Assembly (NCBI GenBank): GCA_049318585.1
Contig: JBMOGB010000001.1
Span: 62,851-126,850 of the forward strand
Length of the DNA stretch: 64,000 bases
Origin: Bacteroidia bacterium
GTDB taxonomy: Bacteria; Bacteroidota; Bacteroidia; UKL13-3
Direction of reading: 5' to 3'
The notes under the pieces are model-generated. The model saw nothing but the letters and a program-made list of their open reading frames with translations, made no database searches and was not told the origin of the DNA. A program made the translations under genes and the position numbers. This document shows, piece by piece, positions 8,051 through 15,427 of the stretch. Position 1 is the first letter of the stretch, and the number at the start of each line of letters is the position of its first letter.

Positions 8051-8634
8051 ATAAGTCTAAAAAACGCAATTAGGAAAATAGCAATTAGAAAAATAGCAGC
8101 ATCAAGGCTTACTACGAAATAGGCTTTGGAAATATTTGGGCTTGATCCCAATAGCACGGATGACCTAGATGAAAAAGATCTTAAAAAGATCTTAAAAAGA
8201 TTTATCATAAATTAATAGCGAAACATCATATTGATGTTATTAAAGGAAAAATTGAAGCAAACGGAAGAAAAATGGCGCAAGAAGAAGAACCAACCAAATA
8301 CTATCAAGATATAATCTTAGCTTATAAAGTATTAATTGGCGAGGAATAAGCAGCAGGACCGCACCAAAGAGCACCTGGAAGCGACTCAAATTTAAGAAGG
8401 TATCATGAAACAAAAGAGGAAGCGGTGAGGGAAGAACATAGACGTTATATGGAGGATTACGAAAGAAGACAAAAAGAAAAAGCACAAAGAGAACACCATG
8501 AAAGGCAATTAAAAGAAGTGGAAGAGGCAAGAAGAAAGCGCCAAGAACAAACTGGAATATATGAACCAGCCCCATCAACAAACCTGCAAGATCTTTTCCC
8601 CCATCTTTCTCAGCCTATAAATCGTAAACCTTAA
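8051..8634 (+). pseudogene. decayed paralogue of the J-domain gene
   Basis: ISLKNAIRKIA.. aligns with MKSLNKAIRKIA. Lesions: ATA replaces ATG (8051); in-frame TAG at 8120-8122; 11-bp tandem duplication gatcttaaaaa (8177-8187/8188-8198) shifts the frame; HPD is mutated to HID; TAA at 8347-8349 interrupts an otherwise open frame that runs to 8634. Confidence 0.7.
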
Positions 8635-8637
8635 TAA

Positions 8638-8737
8638 AGCCTTAAACGATTGGTTTAAAAACCAAAGACAATAATGTAATAAAACAACATATCAATCAAT
8701 ATGGTTTGTTAAAAGGAGAGTTATGTCCATTAAAAAA
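8638..8737 (+). repeat. direct repeat of 8950..9057 (upstream region, SD and first codons of the acidic-protein gene)
   Basis: ..taaacgattg(g/a)tttaaaaa(c/t)caaag...acaataatgtaataaaacaacatatcaat(c/t)aatatggtttgttaaaaggagagttatgt(c/t)cattaaaaaa. Copy B carries a 9-nt insertion. Confidence 0.85.
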
Positions 8738-8908
8738 GCAATTAAAGATGTAGGAAAAACTTGCAACGATGGCGAATGCGTTACAGAAGCCGGATCTTCA
8801 GAAGATCTAGAAGAATCTGCCCAAGATGATATAGATTACCAAACACCCGAATATTCCGATGATAAAGATTCTGATGATGAAGAAAGCGAAGACCTATTAT
8901 GGATTTAA
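8723..8908 (+). CDS. truncated deletion derivative of the 9043..9732 acidic protein
   Basis: Same SD (aaaaggagag) and start as 9043. Relative to that copy, 174 nt (9058-9231) are deleted in frame. The 3' end is cut at 8899/8900 by a fragment of a 6718-like gene. KAIKDVGKTCNDGECVTEAGSSEDLEES matches the full copy. Confidence 0.4.
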   Translation: MSIKKAIKDVGKTCNDGECVTEAGSSEDLEESAQDDIDYQTPEYSDDKDSDDEESEDLLWI

Positions 8909-8990
8909 ACGTTTATGTTGATACTAAAACAAAAGCAGCAACGGAAAAAGCCCTAAACGATTGATTTAAAAATCAAAGAAAATAAAGACA
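8900..8990 (+). pseudogene. remnant of a paralogue of 6718..7206
   Basis: tggatttaaacgtttatgttgatactaaaacaaaa.cagcaacg.aaaaagc matches 7034-7085 with 2 mismatches, then decays (aaagccctaaacgattg versus aaagcaataaacgcttg). There is no start codon and no 5' part. Confidence 0.6.
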
Positions 8991-9042
8991 ATAATGTAAT
9001 AAAACAACATATCAATTAATATGGTTTGTTAAAAGGAGAGTT

Positions 9043-9732
9043 ATGTTCATTAAAAAATCATCAGATTTTGATAAAGGTTTAGTTTCTAATTATGAAAAAA
9101 TATTAACTGGTGGAGATCAGTTAGCAGAAGCTGATAAAGTAAAAAAAGCAGTATCATTACTAAATGAAGCCTGTGAGCTTTTAGAATGCGAAGGAGATAC
9201 CTATGGAAGCGTTTGTAGAAAAATTGAAAAAGCAATTAAAGATGTAGGAAAAACTTGCGACGATGGCGAATGCGTTACAGAAGTCGGATCTTCAGAAGAT
9301 CTAGAAGAATCTGTCCAAGATGATATAGATGACCAATCAGCCGAATATTCCGATGATGAAGATTCTGCTGATGAAGAAAACGAAGGTCTATATACTGGTA
9401 CTATATCAGTTGGCGATGAAGACGAATCTGATGATGAATTTTTTACCGACGAAGATAACACAGAAGACGATGAATCTTTTGCAGAAGATGACAATGAAGA
9501 AGACGACGAGGACGACGAGGACGACGAGGACGACGAGGACGAAGATGACGAAGATGACGAAGACGACGACGAAGACGAAGATGACGAATTAGAAAAAGCA
9601 GCTTATTACAAATATGCAAAGAAAAAAGATAGCAAAGCAAAAAAACCAACAAAAAGCGAAAAAGCCAAAATTTGCGAATTATGCAACGGCAAGCGCAAAG
9701 TTCTCGGCAAAATTTGCGATTGGTGCAAATAA
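9043..9732 (+). CDS. hyper-acidic protein with C-terminal CxxC..CxxC zinc ribbon
   Basis: SD aaaaggagag lies upstream. Contains a long D/E tract with (gacgacgag)x4 and gaagatgac repeats at ~9508-9590. C-terminus is CELCNGKRKVLGKICDWCK. Confidence 0.7.
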   Translation: MFIKKSSDFDKGLVSNYEKILTGGDQLAEADKVKKAVSLLNEACELLECEGDTYGSVCRKIEKAIKDVGKTCDDGECVTEVGSSEDLEESVQDDIDDQSAEYSDDEDSADEENEGLYTGTISVGDEDESDDEFFTDEDNTEDDESFAEDDNEEDDEDDEDDEDDEDEDDEDDEDDDEDEDDELEKAAYYKYAKKKDSKAKKPTKSEKAKICELCNGKRKVLGKICDWCK

Positions 9733-9749
9733 TCGTTATATAATCTCTC

Positions 9750-10913
9750 ATGTTCTTTAATAATATTGAAATTAATATTATCCATACCCACAATAAAGAA
9801 TATCAACTTAACTTAATGAATCAAATAGCAAATGCTTATAATGGCAAATGCTTGTCAGCTGCATACACCAATAATTCAACAAAATTAAATTTCATTTGTG
9901 AAAAGAATCACCAATTCATTATGACACCATTGCATATTAAAAATGCCCACTGGTGCAATATTTGCAGAAATTCAATCTTCTCAATGAATCAAATTATTAA
10001 TAAAGCAATTTCAATGGGCGGAAAATGCTTAACCAATACCAGACCAAAAGCCAGAGAAAAAATGCCATTTGAATGTAAACTTGGTCATAATTTTTTTTAT
10101 CATGCTTTTAGCGTTATGGCAAATCATTGGTGCCCAACTTGCTATATTAATAAAGATCATAGCTATAGCCGCATCTGCAATATAGCTTTCTCTCATAATG
10201 GTAAATGCTTATCATCAGAATATGTCGATAGCATTACCCCCATGAACTTTGAATGCATAAATAAACATGCCTTCTCCGCCCAACCAAGAAGAATAAAAGA
10301 AGGCTCCTGGTGCAAACAATGTAATATAAATAAAACAAAATTAAACTTCGATGAAATTAAACAAAAAATATTCTCCAAAAATGGGAAATGCTTCTCAGAT
10401 AATTATATAAACGCCAATACAAAAATTATAGTACAATGTCATAAAGGTCATATATGGAACGCTAAACCTACCGATATTTTCCATGATTCATGGTGCCCTA
10501 TTTGCTCCAAAAGCGTTGGAGAAAATATCGTTAGAGAAATATTCCAAAAAACATTTAATGATGAATTTATATCCGTTAGACCAGATTGGTTAAAAAACCC
10601 AGATACAAATTATAATATGGAATTAGATGGGTTTTGTGAAAAATTAAAACTCGCTTTTGAATATAATGGAGTGCAACATTACAAACAAAGCTTTTTCCAA
10701 AGCGAAAAAGCATTTAAACGGCAACAAATAAGAGATCAATATAAAATCAATATCACAAAAGAATTGGGAATTAATTTGATTATCATAAAAAGCTTTAAAC
10801 AATTTAATGTTAATAAAATGAAAGCAAAAATCAAAGATGAGCTAATAAAAGCTAATCTTAATGTACCAGATCATTTTGATAATATTGAAATTGATATTTC
10901 AAAATTCTATTAA
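9750..10913 (+). CDS. Zn-ribbon array (4 units) + C-terminal Vsr/DUF559-like PD-(D/E)xK endonuclease
   Basis: Four repeats of GKC(L/F)S..Y.N...K..F.C..GH.......I.....WCP.C, then ..MELDGFCEKLKLAFEYNGVQHY...QIRDQYK...LGINLIII. Confidence 0.8.
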   Translation: MFFNNIEINIIHTHNKEYQLNLMNQIANAYNGKCLSAAYTNNSTKLNFICEKNHQFIMTPLHIKNAHWCNICRNSIFSMNQIINKAISMGGKCLTNTRPKAREKMPFECKLGHNFFYHAFSVMANHWCPTCYINKDHSYSRICNIAFSHNGKCLSSEYVDSITPMNFECINKHAFSAQPRRIKEGSWCKQCNINKTKLNFDEIKQKIFSKNGKCFSDNYINANTKIIVQCHKGHIWNAKPTDIFHDSWCPICSKSVGENIVREIFQKTFNDEFISVRPDWLKNPDTNYNMELDGFCEKLKLAFEYNGVQHYKQSFFQSEKAFKRQQIRDQYKINITKELGINLIIIKSFKQFNVNKMKAKIKDELIKANLNVPDHFDNIEIDISKFY

Positions 10914-10921
10914 AAGGAAAA

Positions 10922-11608
10922 ATGTTTAAGATCACTCATAGCTCAAATACAATGCCCTTCGCCTATACTGTCGATCCTTCAGCTCAGTTTCAGGGAGGTA
11001 TGGTCGGTCAATTATATCTATATGGAAATAATATAGTCTGTGGCGTATCCGATGGGACTGCTCCTCTAGGTATCATAGATGATATAAGAACAAATGCTTT
11101 CTATAAACCTATGGTCGATGAAACTCATCTAGTCCCTGTCGTTGGTGCCATCGCGCCAGATGGTAAAATGCGCTCAGTAGCAGACGCTACAGAATTACTA
11201 TATGAAAGTAATATAATGCCGAATAGCTTCGTTTGCGATATACCTGTATATCTTAAGGAAAAGAATGGCGCGGTTATTATACCAACAGGTACTGAGTTAA
11301 ATTATGACCAGAATGGCACTGGTCCAGATTCTATTAAGTTTATTTGTTCCTATATGCACCAAATACCAGGTGTCCCAGGAGACGATTCGGTAATTGGATC
11401 GAATAGAATCACAATTTGGTATGGCAAGATGATATTCCAAACTGATCAATTTGAGGCTTCGCAAAGGTATGCTTTGAATGCTCCTCTGTTTTGTAATGAG
11501 AGTGGATACTTAACTACGCGACAAGTAACACCAACACATCCAGCTATAGGAATGGTAGTTGGACCCCCATCAGCAAGGCTGCCAAATTTAGAAGTATTAT
11601 TATTCTAA
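10922..11608 (+). CDS. GC-richer putative virion (decoration-like) protein, distant paralogue of 22727..23419
   Basis: 228-aa ORF, 8 nt after the previous stop. It shares ..(I/V)T(I/L)W..(10-30)..PLF....G.LT..(10-20)..(V/I)G with the gene upstream of the capsid gene. G+C is much higher than in the flanking endonuclease genes. Confidence 0.45.
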   Translation: MFKITHSSNTMPFAYTVDPSAQFQGGMVGQLYLYGNNIVCGVSDGTAPLGIIDDIRTNAFYKPMVDETHLVPVVGAIAPDGKMRSVADATELLYESNIMPNSFVCDIPVYLKEKNGAVIIPTGTELNYDQNGTGPDSIKFICSYMHQIPGVPGDDSVIGSNRITIWYGKMIFQTDQFEASQRYALNAPLFCNESGYLTTRQVTPTHPAIGMVVGPPSARLPNLEVLLF

Positions 11609-12396
11609 GAATTCCAAACGGTTCTAAAATCTAATTTAATATTATCAAAATTATCTGGCAATGTTATATTGTTTCTTATTAACTCATTTTTTATTATAGC
11701 AAGTAATTCCTTCTCAGTAACTTTCTTATTAATTTCATTAAAATATATTATTTTGATATTTCTCTTTTCGCATTCTGTTCTTTTAATAAAATCTCTTAAT
11801 TGTTGTTTTTTTAAAATATCATCATTCATTTTATATAAATCTACTATTTGATAATGTTGCCTTCCTTGATGTTCAAAAGCGATATTTAATTCCTTGCAAA
11901 ATCCATCAAGTTCTAATTTTCTATTAGTTTTAGGATTTATTAAAAACTCTGGTTTAATTTTATTAAACTTGTAACCAAAGATTTGTTCTAGAGCACATCT
12001 ACAAACAGTTTCTCCATATGAGCTAGAACAAATAGGGCACCAAGATTTAGAATTATATATGTGCTTCCATTTAGCTTTCCATATATGATTCTTTGAGCAA
12101 GAGAATATTAAATTATGATGAGCATTTATATATTCTGGTGATAAGCATTTGCCATTATATTGATCATTAACATAATTTGAAATGAATTCGATTGTTGGAG
12201 AGATTGGAATATTATTGCAAACTTTGCACCATATATTATTATATCTTATATTAAACCAAGTAGATTCAAATATATGTCCATTGACGCATTTAATAATTAA
12301 TTTTTTAGTTTGATTTATATATATATCATTTAAACATATTGCATTAAATTTATTATTAATATATGATTTTATTTTATTTATAGTTATTTTATTCAT
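11605..12396 (-). CDS. Zn-ribbon array (2 units) + C-terminal Vsr/DUF559-like endonuclease
   Basis: YNGKCLSPEYINAHHNLIFSCSKNHIWKAKWKHIYNSKSWCPICS, then KLELDGFCKELNIAFEHQGRQHY..QLRDFIK. ATGA overlap with the upstream gene. Confidence 0.8.
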   Translation of the reverse strand: MNKITINKIKSYINNKFNAICLNDIYINQTKKLIIKCVNGHIFESTWFNIRYNNIWCKVCNNIPISPTIEFISNYVNDQYNGKCLSPEYINAHHNLIFSCSKNHIWKAKWKHIYNSKSWCPICSSSYGETVCRCALEQIFGYKFNKIKPEFLINPKTNRKLELDGFCKELNIAFEHQGRQHYQIVDLYKMNDDILKKQQLRDFIKRTECEKRNIKIIYFNEINKKVTEKELLAIIKNELIRNNITLPDNFDNIKLDFRTVWNS

Positions 12397-13544
12397 TCTA
12401 CAATATAGTCCATATCTATATTTATATTTGGGACATTTATATTTAGTTCAAAGCATTTTTCGATTATATAATTTTTTAAATGTTCTGGCTTGAAATTCTT
12501 TGTAAATTGGGGGATTTCGATTAATTTTACATTGAATTCTTGGCATTTTTGTTTTTTATAAGCATCTCTTTCTTGTTGTTTTTTTAAGGTTATTTCATTT
12601 CCTCTGAAACCTGGAATAATTTTATAATGTTGTTCTCCTTGATATTCAAATGCAATTTTTAATTCTTCGCAAAATCCGTCCAGTTCCAAGTTTCTTTTTG
12701 TATGTTTTCTTTTTAAGAAATTTGGGCGAACATTTGGAAAATTATTATTGAATAATAATTCAAAAGCTTTTCTGCATAATTTTTCTCCATAACCAACATT
12801 GCATATTTTGCACCAACGCCCATTTTTTAATTTGTCAAATGATGAATTAAATAAATGATTATTCCTGCATTTTATTTTATAATTAAATTTGTCGCTTTTT
12901 TCCAAGCATATGGAACCGGGATGTTTTTCATTTAAAAAATTGCATATATTTCTTATTGTTTTTGTGCATGTCTTCCAACAAACATGGCACCAATGATTAT
13001 CCATAACATATGTTGGCAGCGCCGCAAAGTTATGACCATATTCGCAAATGAAATTTGCTTTGGTTCTGCAATTAATATAATTTAAGCATATGGAGCCTGG
13101 ATGTTTTTCTTTTAAAAGATTTTCAAATTTATTTTTATTTCTGGCGGTTCTTTCTTTTGCCCTGCATATTGGGCACCAATCATTTCTATTCTTTATATTT
13201 TTAAAAGAGTTTTTGAAAATATGATTATTTGCGCATTCCCAATTATATATTGAATGCGATAATTCATAATTATCCAATAATTTGCCGCCGGGATAATTGT
13301 TATTTAGATAATCAATTATATATGCTTGGTTATAATTTCTTCTTTTTATATTGGCGCATGTGGGGCACCATTCGCCAGCAAATATTGCTTTTGCGGTTGT
13401 TTCCCAAATATGTTTATACTGGCATTCCCATAATAATTTGCCCGTATTGTAACTTAATGAAAGGCATTTGCCATTGGGATGTTTTTCATTTAAGAAAATT
13501 TGAATATTTATAAGCTTTGGTTTATAATCTTTTTTTATATACAT
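12393..13544 (-). CDS. Zn-ribbon array (4 units) + C-terminal Vsr/DUF559-like endonuclease
   Basis: Four ..C....H.(W/F)......(I/V).....WC..C units, then NLELDGFCEELKIAFEYQGEQHY..QQERDAYK. The start overlaps the guaC-like stop (TAATG). Confidence 0.8.
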   Translation of the reverse strand: MYIKKDYKPKLINIQIFLNEKHPNGKCLSLSYNTGKLLWECQYKHIWETTAKAIFAGEWCPTCANIKRRNYNQAYIIDYLNNNYPGGKLLDNYELSHSIYNWECANNHIFKNSFKNIKNRNDWCPICRAKERTARNKNKFENLLKEKHPGSICLNYINCRTKANFICEYGHNFAALPTYVMDNHWCHVCWKTCTKTIRNICNFLNEKHPGSICLEKSDKFNYKIKCRNNHLFNSSFDKLKNGRWCKICNVGYGEKLCRKAFELLFNNNFPNVRPNFLKRKHTKRNLELDGFCEELKIAFEYQGEQHYKIIPGFRGNEITLKKQQERDAYKKQKCQEFNVKLIEIPQFTKNFKPEHLKNYIIEKCFELNINVPNINIDMDYIVE

Positions 13545-14554
13545 TACAACATTAATATTTGGTTTTGAACTTTTGATTGAAATTCTTTCAAATTTCTTGC
13601 TCCAATGAAGGAGAATGCTGATTGCAAACCTTCTTTTATTCCTTTTAAGGAAAGGGATAATGGACCTGTAGAATTTACGAGTTTAGTTTCTCCCTCAATA
13701 AATTTAACATGATTAGTTTCATCAGCTACTTGCTTAGTTTTAATGGAAGCATTTCCATATGTTTCTTTATAGCAAACTCCATTTGAAACTATTTTTGTTC
13801 CAAAGGATTCGTCGCAACCGCCGAACATTCCGCCGATCATAACTAAATCGCTCCAAATTAAAGCTTTAACGATATCGGCTGGGGATCTAATTCCACCATC
13901 TGCGCAAAGGTTTACATCCCAATCATTTGTATCTTCTCTATATGTTTTTGCGCAATGGATGGAAGTTACTCCAAAAGAAGTTGCGAGCCTTGTTGAGCAC
14001 GTTGACCCAAAAGAATTGCCTATCTTAATAATATCGGCACCGGAATCTTTTAAGAATTTTATTCCATCCGTTGATGATACATTACCAGCCATAACTAGCA
14101 TATCTGGGTATGTTTCTTTAATCCATTGGGTCATTTCTTTTACAGCTAGATGGTGTCCATGATTAACATCGACTATAACATTTTTGATTCCCAGCTTATA
14201 TAGAGAGTCGATGAAAGTATATTCGGATTGTTTTGTTCCAATGGACATCCAGAACTTTTGAATTAATTGTTTTCTTTGCGGGTCTGGTACATTTAGAATA
14301 GTTTTAATTGCATTAATTTTTGTAGATTCAGATTCAAAGAATCTATGATAAGAAGAAAATGTGCTATGTTTATTTGATAAAACGTCAACCATTTCTGGTG
14401 TGCAAATGGCAAGCATATTTGCGTTTATTATTGGCAATTCCGATTTTGCTCCGCATATGGATATTGAAGTATCAACTTCACTACGGGAGGTAATATCGGA
14501 ATATGATGGGACTAGTGTAAAGGAATCAAATGTTATCATTTTCATAATGACCAA
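13544..14554 (-). CDS. guaC: GMP reductase / IMP dehydrogenase-family enzyme without a CBS insert (GMP reductase-like)
   Basis: FDSFTLVPSYSDITSRSEVDT.., ..GADIIKIGNSFGSTCSTRLATSFGV.. (catalytic Cys loop) and ..CADGGIRSPADIVKAL..SDLVMIGGMFGGCDES. 336 aa, TIM-barrel IMPDH/GMPR signature order. Confidence 0.75.
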   Translation of the reverse strand: MVIMKMITFDSFTLVPSYSDITSRSEVDTSISICGAKSELPIINANMLAICTPEMVDVLSNKHSTFSSYHRFFESESTKINAIKTILNVPDPQRKQLIQKFWMSIGTKQSEYTFIDSLYKLGIKNVIVDVNHGHHLAVKEMTQWIKETYPDMLVMAGNVSSTDGIKFLKDSGADIIKIGNSFGSTCSTRLATSFGVTSIHCAKTYREDTNDWDVNLCADGGIRSPADIVKALIWSDLVMIGGMFGGCDESFGTKIVSNGVCYKETYGNASIKTKQVADETNHVKFIEGETKLVNSTGPLSLSLKGIKEGLQSAFSFIGARNLKEFQSKVQNQILML

Positions 14555-14871
14555 TAAAATTGCGAACTTTCTACTTGTCGAATTTTTTTTGTGAAAATCA
14601 TCAATATTAAAGTATTGTTTCTAAACATATAGAGAGCAGAAAAATATGTGCTAATATTATAATATATAAACATAGCGAGGGCAAGATAATAAAATTATTT
14701 TGCAACTAAAAAGAGTATAATAATACGGCTATAAAAAGCAATCTCTAATATTCCTAGAATAAAGAGATAGAGGCTATGGCAGTTTAGCCGATAAGGAAAT
14801 TTTCTTTATAAAGAATAAAATTCCATACTTTATTTAACTATAATAAAAGAAGAATAATACAAAAGGTAATT

Positions 14872-15420
14872 ATGTCAAAATTAGAATGGAACACAGCATT
14901 ACAAAGAAATGAAGATTGGGACGCCGCTAATAGCAGCGAAGTATTTCGTAATTATATGAAGATAGTTGCATCTGAAAGTTATAAAAATAAAGTAAAGACA
15001 GCAAATGAAAGTATTGAACCAATAAATTTAGACAAAGAAGAAGAAGTAATAAAGGAAGAAGAAGCTACCCTTGATAGTATAGATGATAGTTTAGAAATGG
15101 AAGATGATATTGTTGATGTAGAGGATTTGGATGTAGAGGATGAATTATCTGAAGAGGATACAAGTTCAGACTTTGATGATTATGGCGAGTTATATAATAC
15201 AGGGGCTGGAGAATCTAAATATATAGATATTGGAATGACGGATGAGACTGAATCATTAATGGAAACTGGTATAGACTATGTAGAAGCAGAGGTAGGAGAA
15301 AGCTTTATAGAAGTTGATGAAGCTGAAGAGGATAAAGAAGAAGCAGAGATAATGGAAGCAGAGATAGCTCTTGGCTTAAATAAAAACATAAATTATATTC
15401 TTTCAAAAATGGGAAAATAA
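14872..15420 (+). CDS. acidic (D/E-rich) protein
   Basis: SD-like aaaaggtaatt precedes the ATG. 182 aa with long EEE/DD tracts (EMEDDIVDVEDLDVEDELSEED). First gene after the 317-nt divergent intergenic region. Confidence 0.6.
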   Translation: MSKLEWNTALQRNEDWDAANSSEVFRNYMKIVASESYKNKVKTANESIEPINLDKEEEVIKEEEATLDSIDDSLEMEDDIVDVEDLDVEDELSEEDTSSDFDDYGELYNTGAGESKYIDIGMTDETESLMETGIDYVEAEVGESFIEVDEAEEDKEEAEIMEAEIALGLNKNINYILSKMGK

Positions 15421-15427
15421 AGGTAAT

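Noticed and set aside
8120-8122. Possible TAG (stop to sense) recoding, as in some megaphages. In-frame TAG occurs in the J-domain copy. TAG at 30057 aligns with TAT in the GNAT paralogue. TAG at 4413 is followed by a short open stretch.
   Set aside because: The great majority of long genes are uninterrupted under the standard code, and TAG, TAA and TGA all terminate well-defined genes. The 8051-8634 locus carries three other disabling lesions. The GNAT case is a single TAT-to-TAG change 3 codons from the end.
9329-9806. Alternative-frame ORFs (87, 116 and 66 aa) across the acidic-repeat region.
   Set aside because: They are generated by the GAC/GAA/GAT repeat periodicity (TRT and RRP repeats). 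They have no independent start context.
9750-13544. Eukaryotic giant-virus (NCLDV) origin of the window, suggested by the Zn-ribbon/endonuclease paralogue swarms and the J-domain.
   Set aside because: The genes have SD-like boxes at correct spacing and translational-coupling overlaps (ATGA, TAATG). There are rho-independent terminators, an HK97-fold capsid protein and an HK97-type prohead protease. All of this points to a tailed bacteriophage.
14555-14871. 317-nt divergent intergenic region searched for tRNA, sRNA or an operator. It contains small hairpins (ggcta..tagcc, atctct..agagat) and an imperfect 30-nt palindrome at 14795-14824.
   Set aside because: There is no cloverleaf or T-loop (GTTCRANYC) signature. 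AT-rich palindromes of this quality are expected by chance. I could not define -35/-10 boxes with proper spacing.
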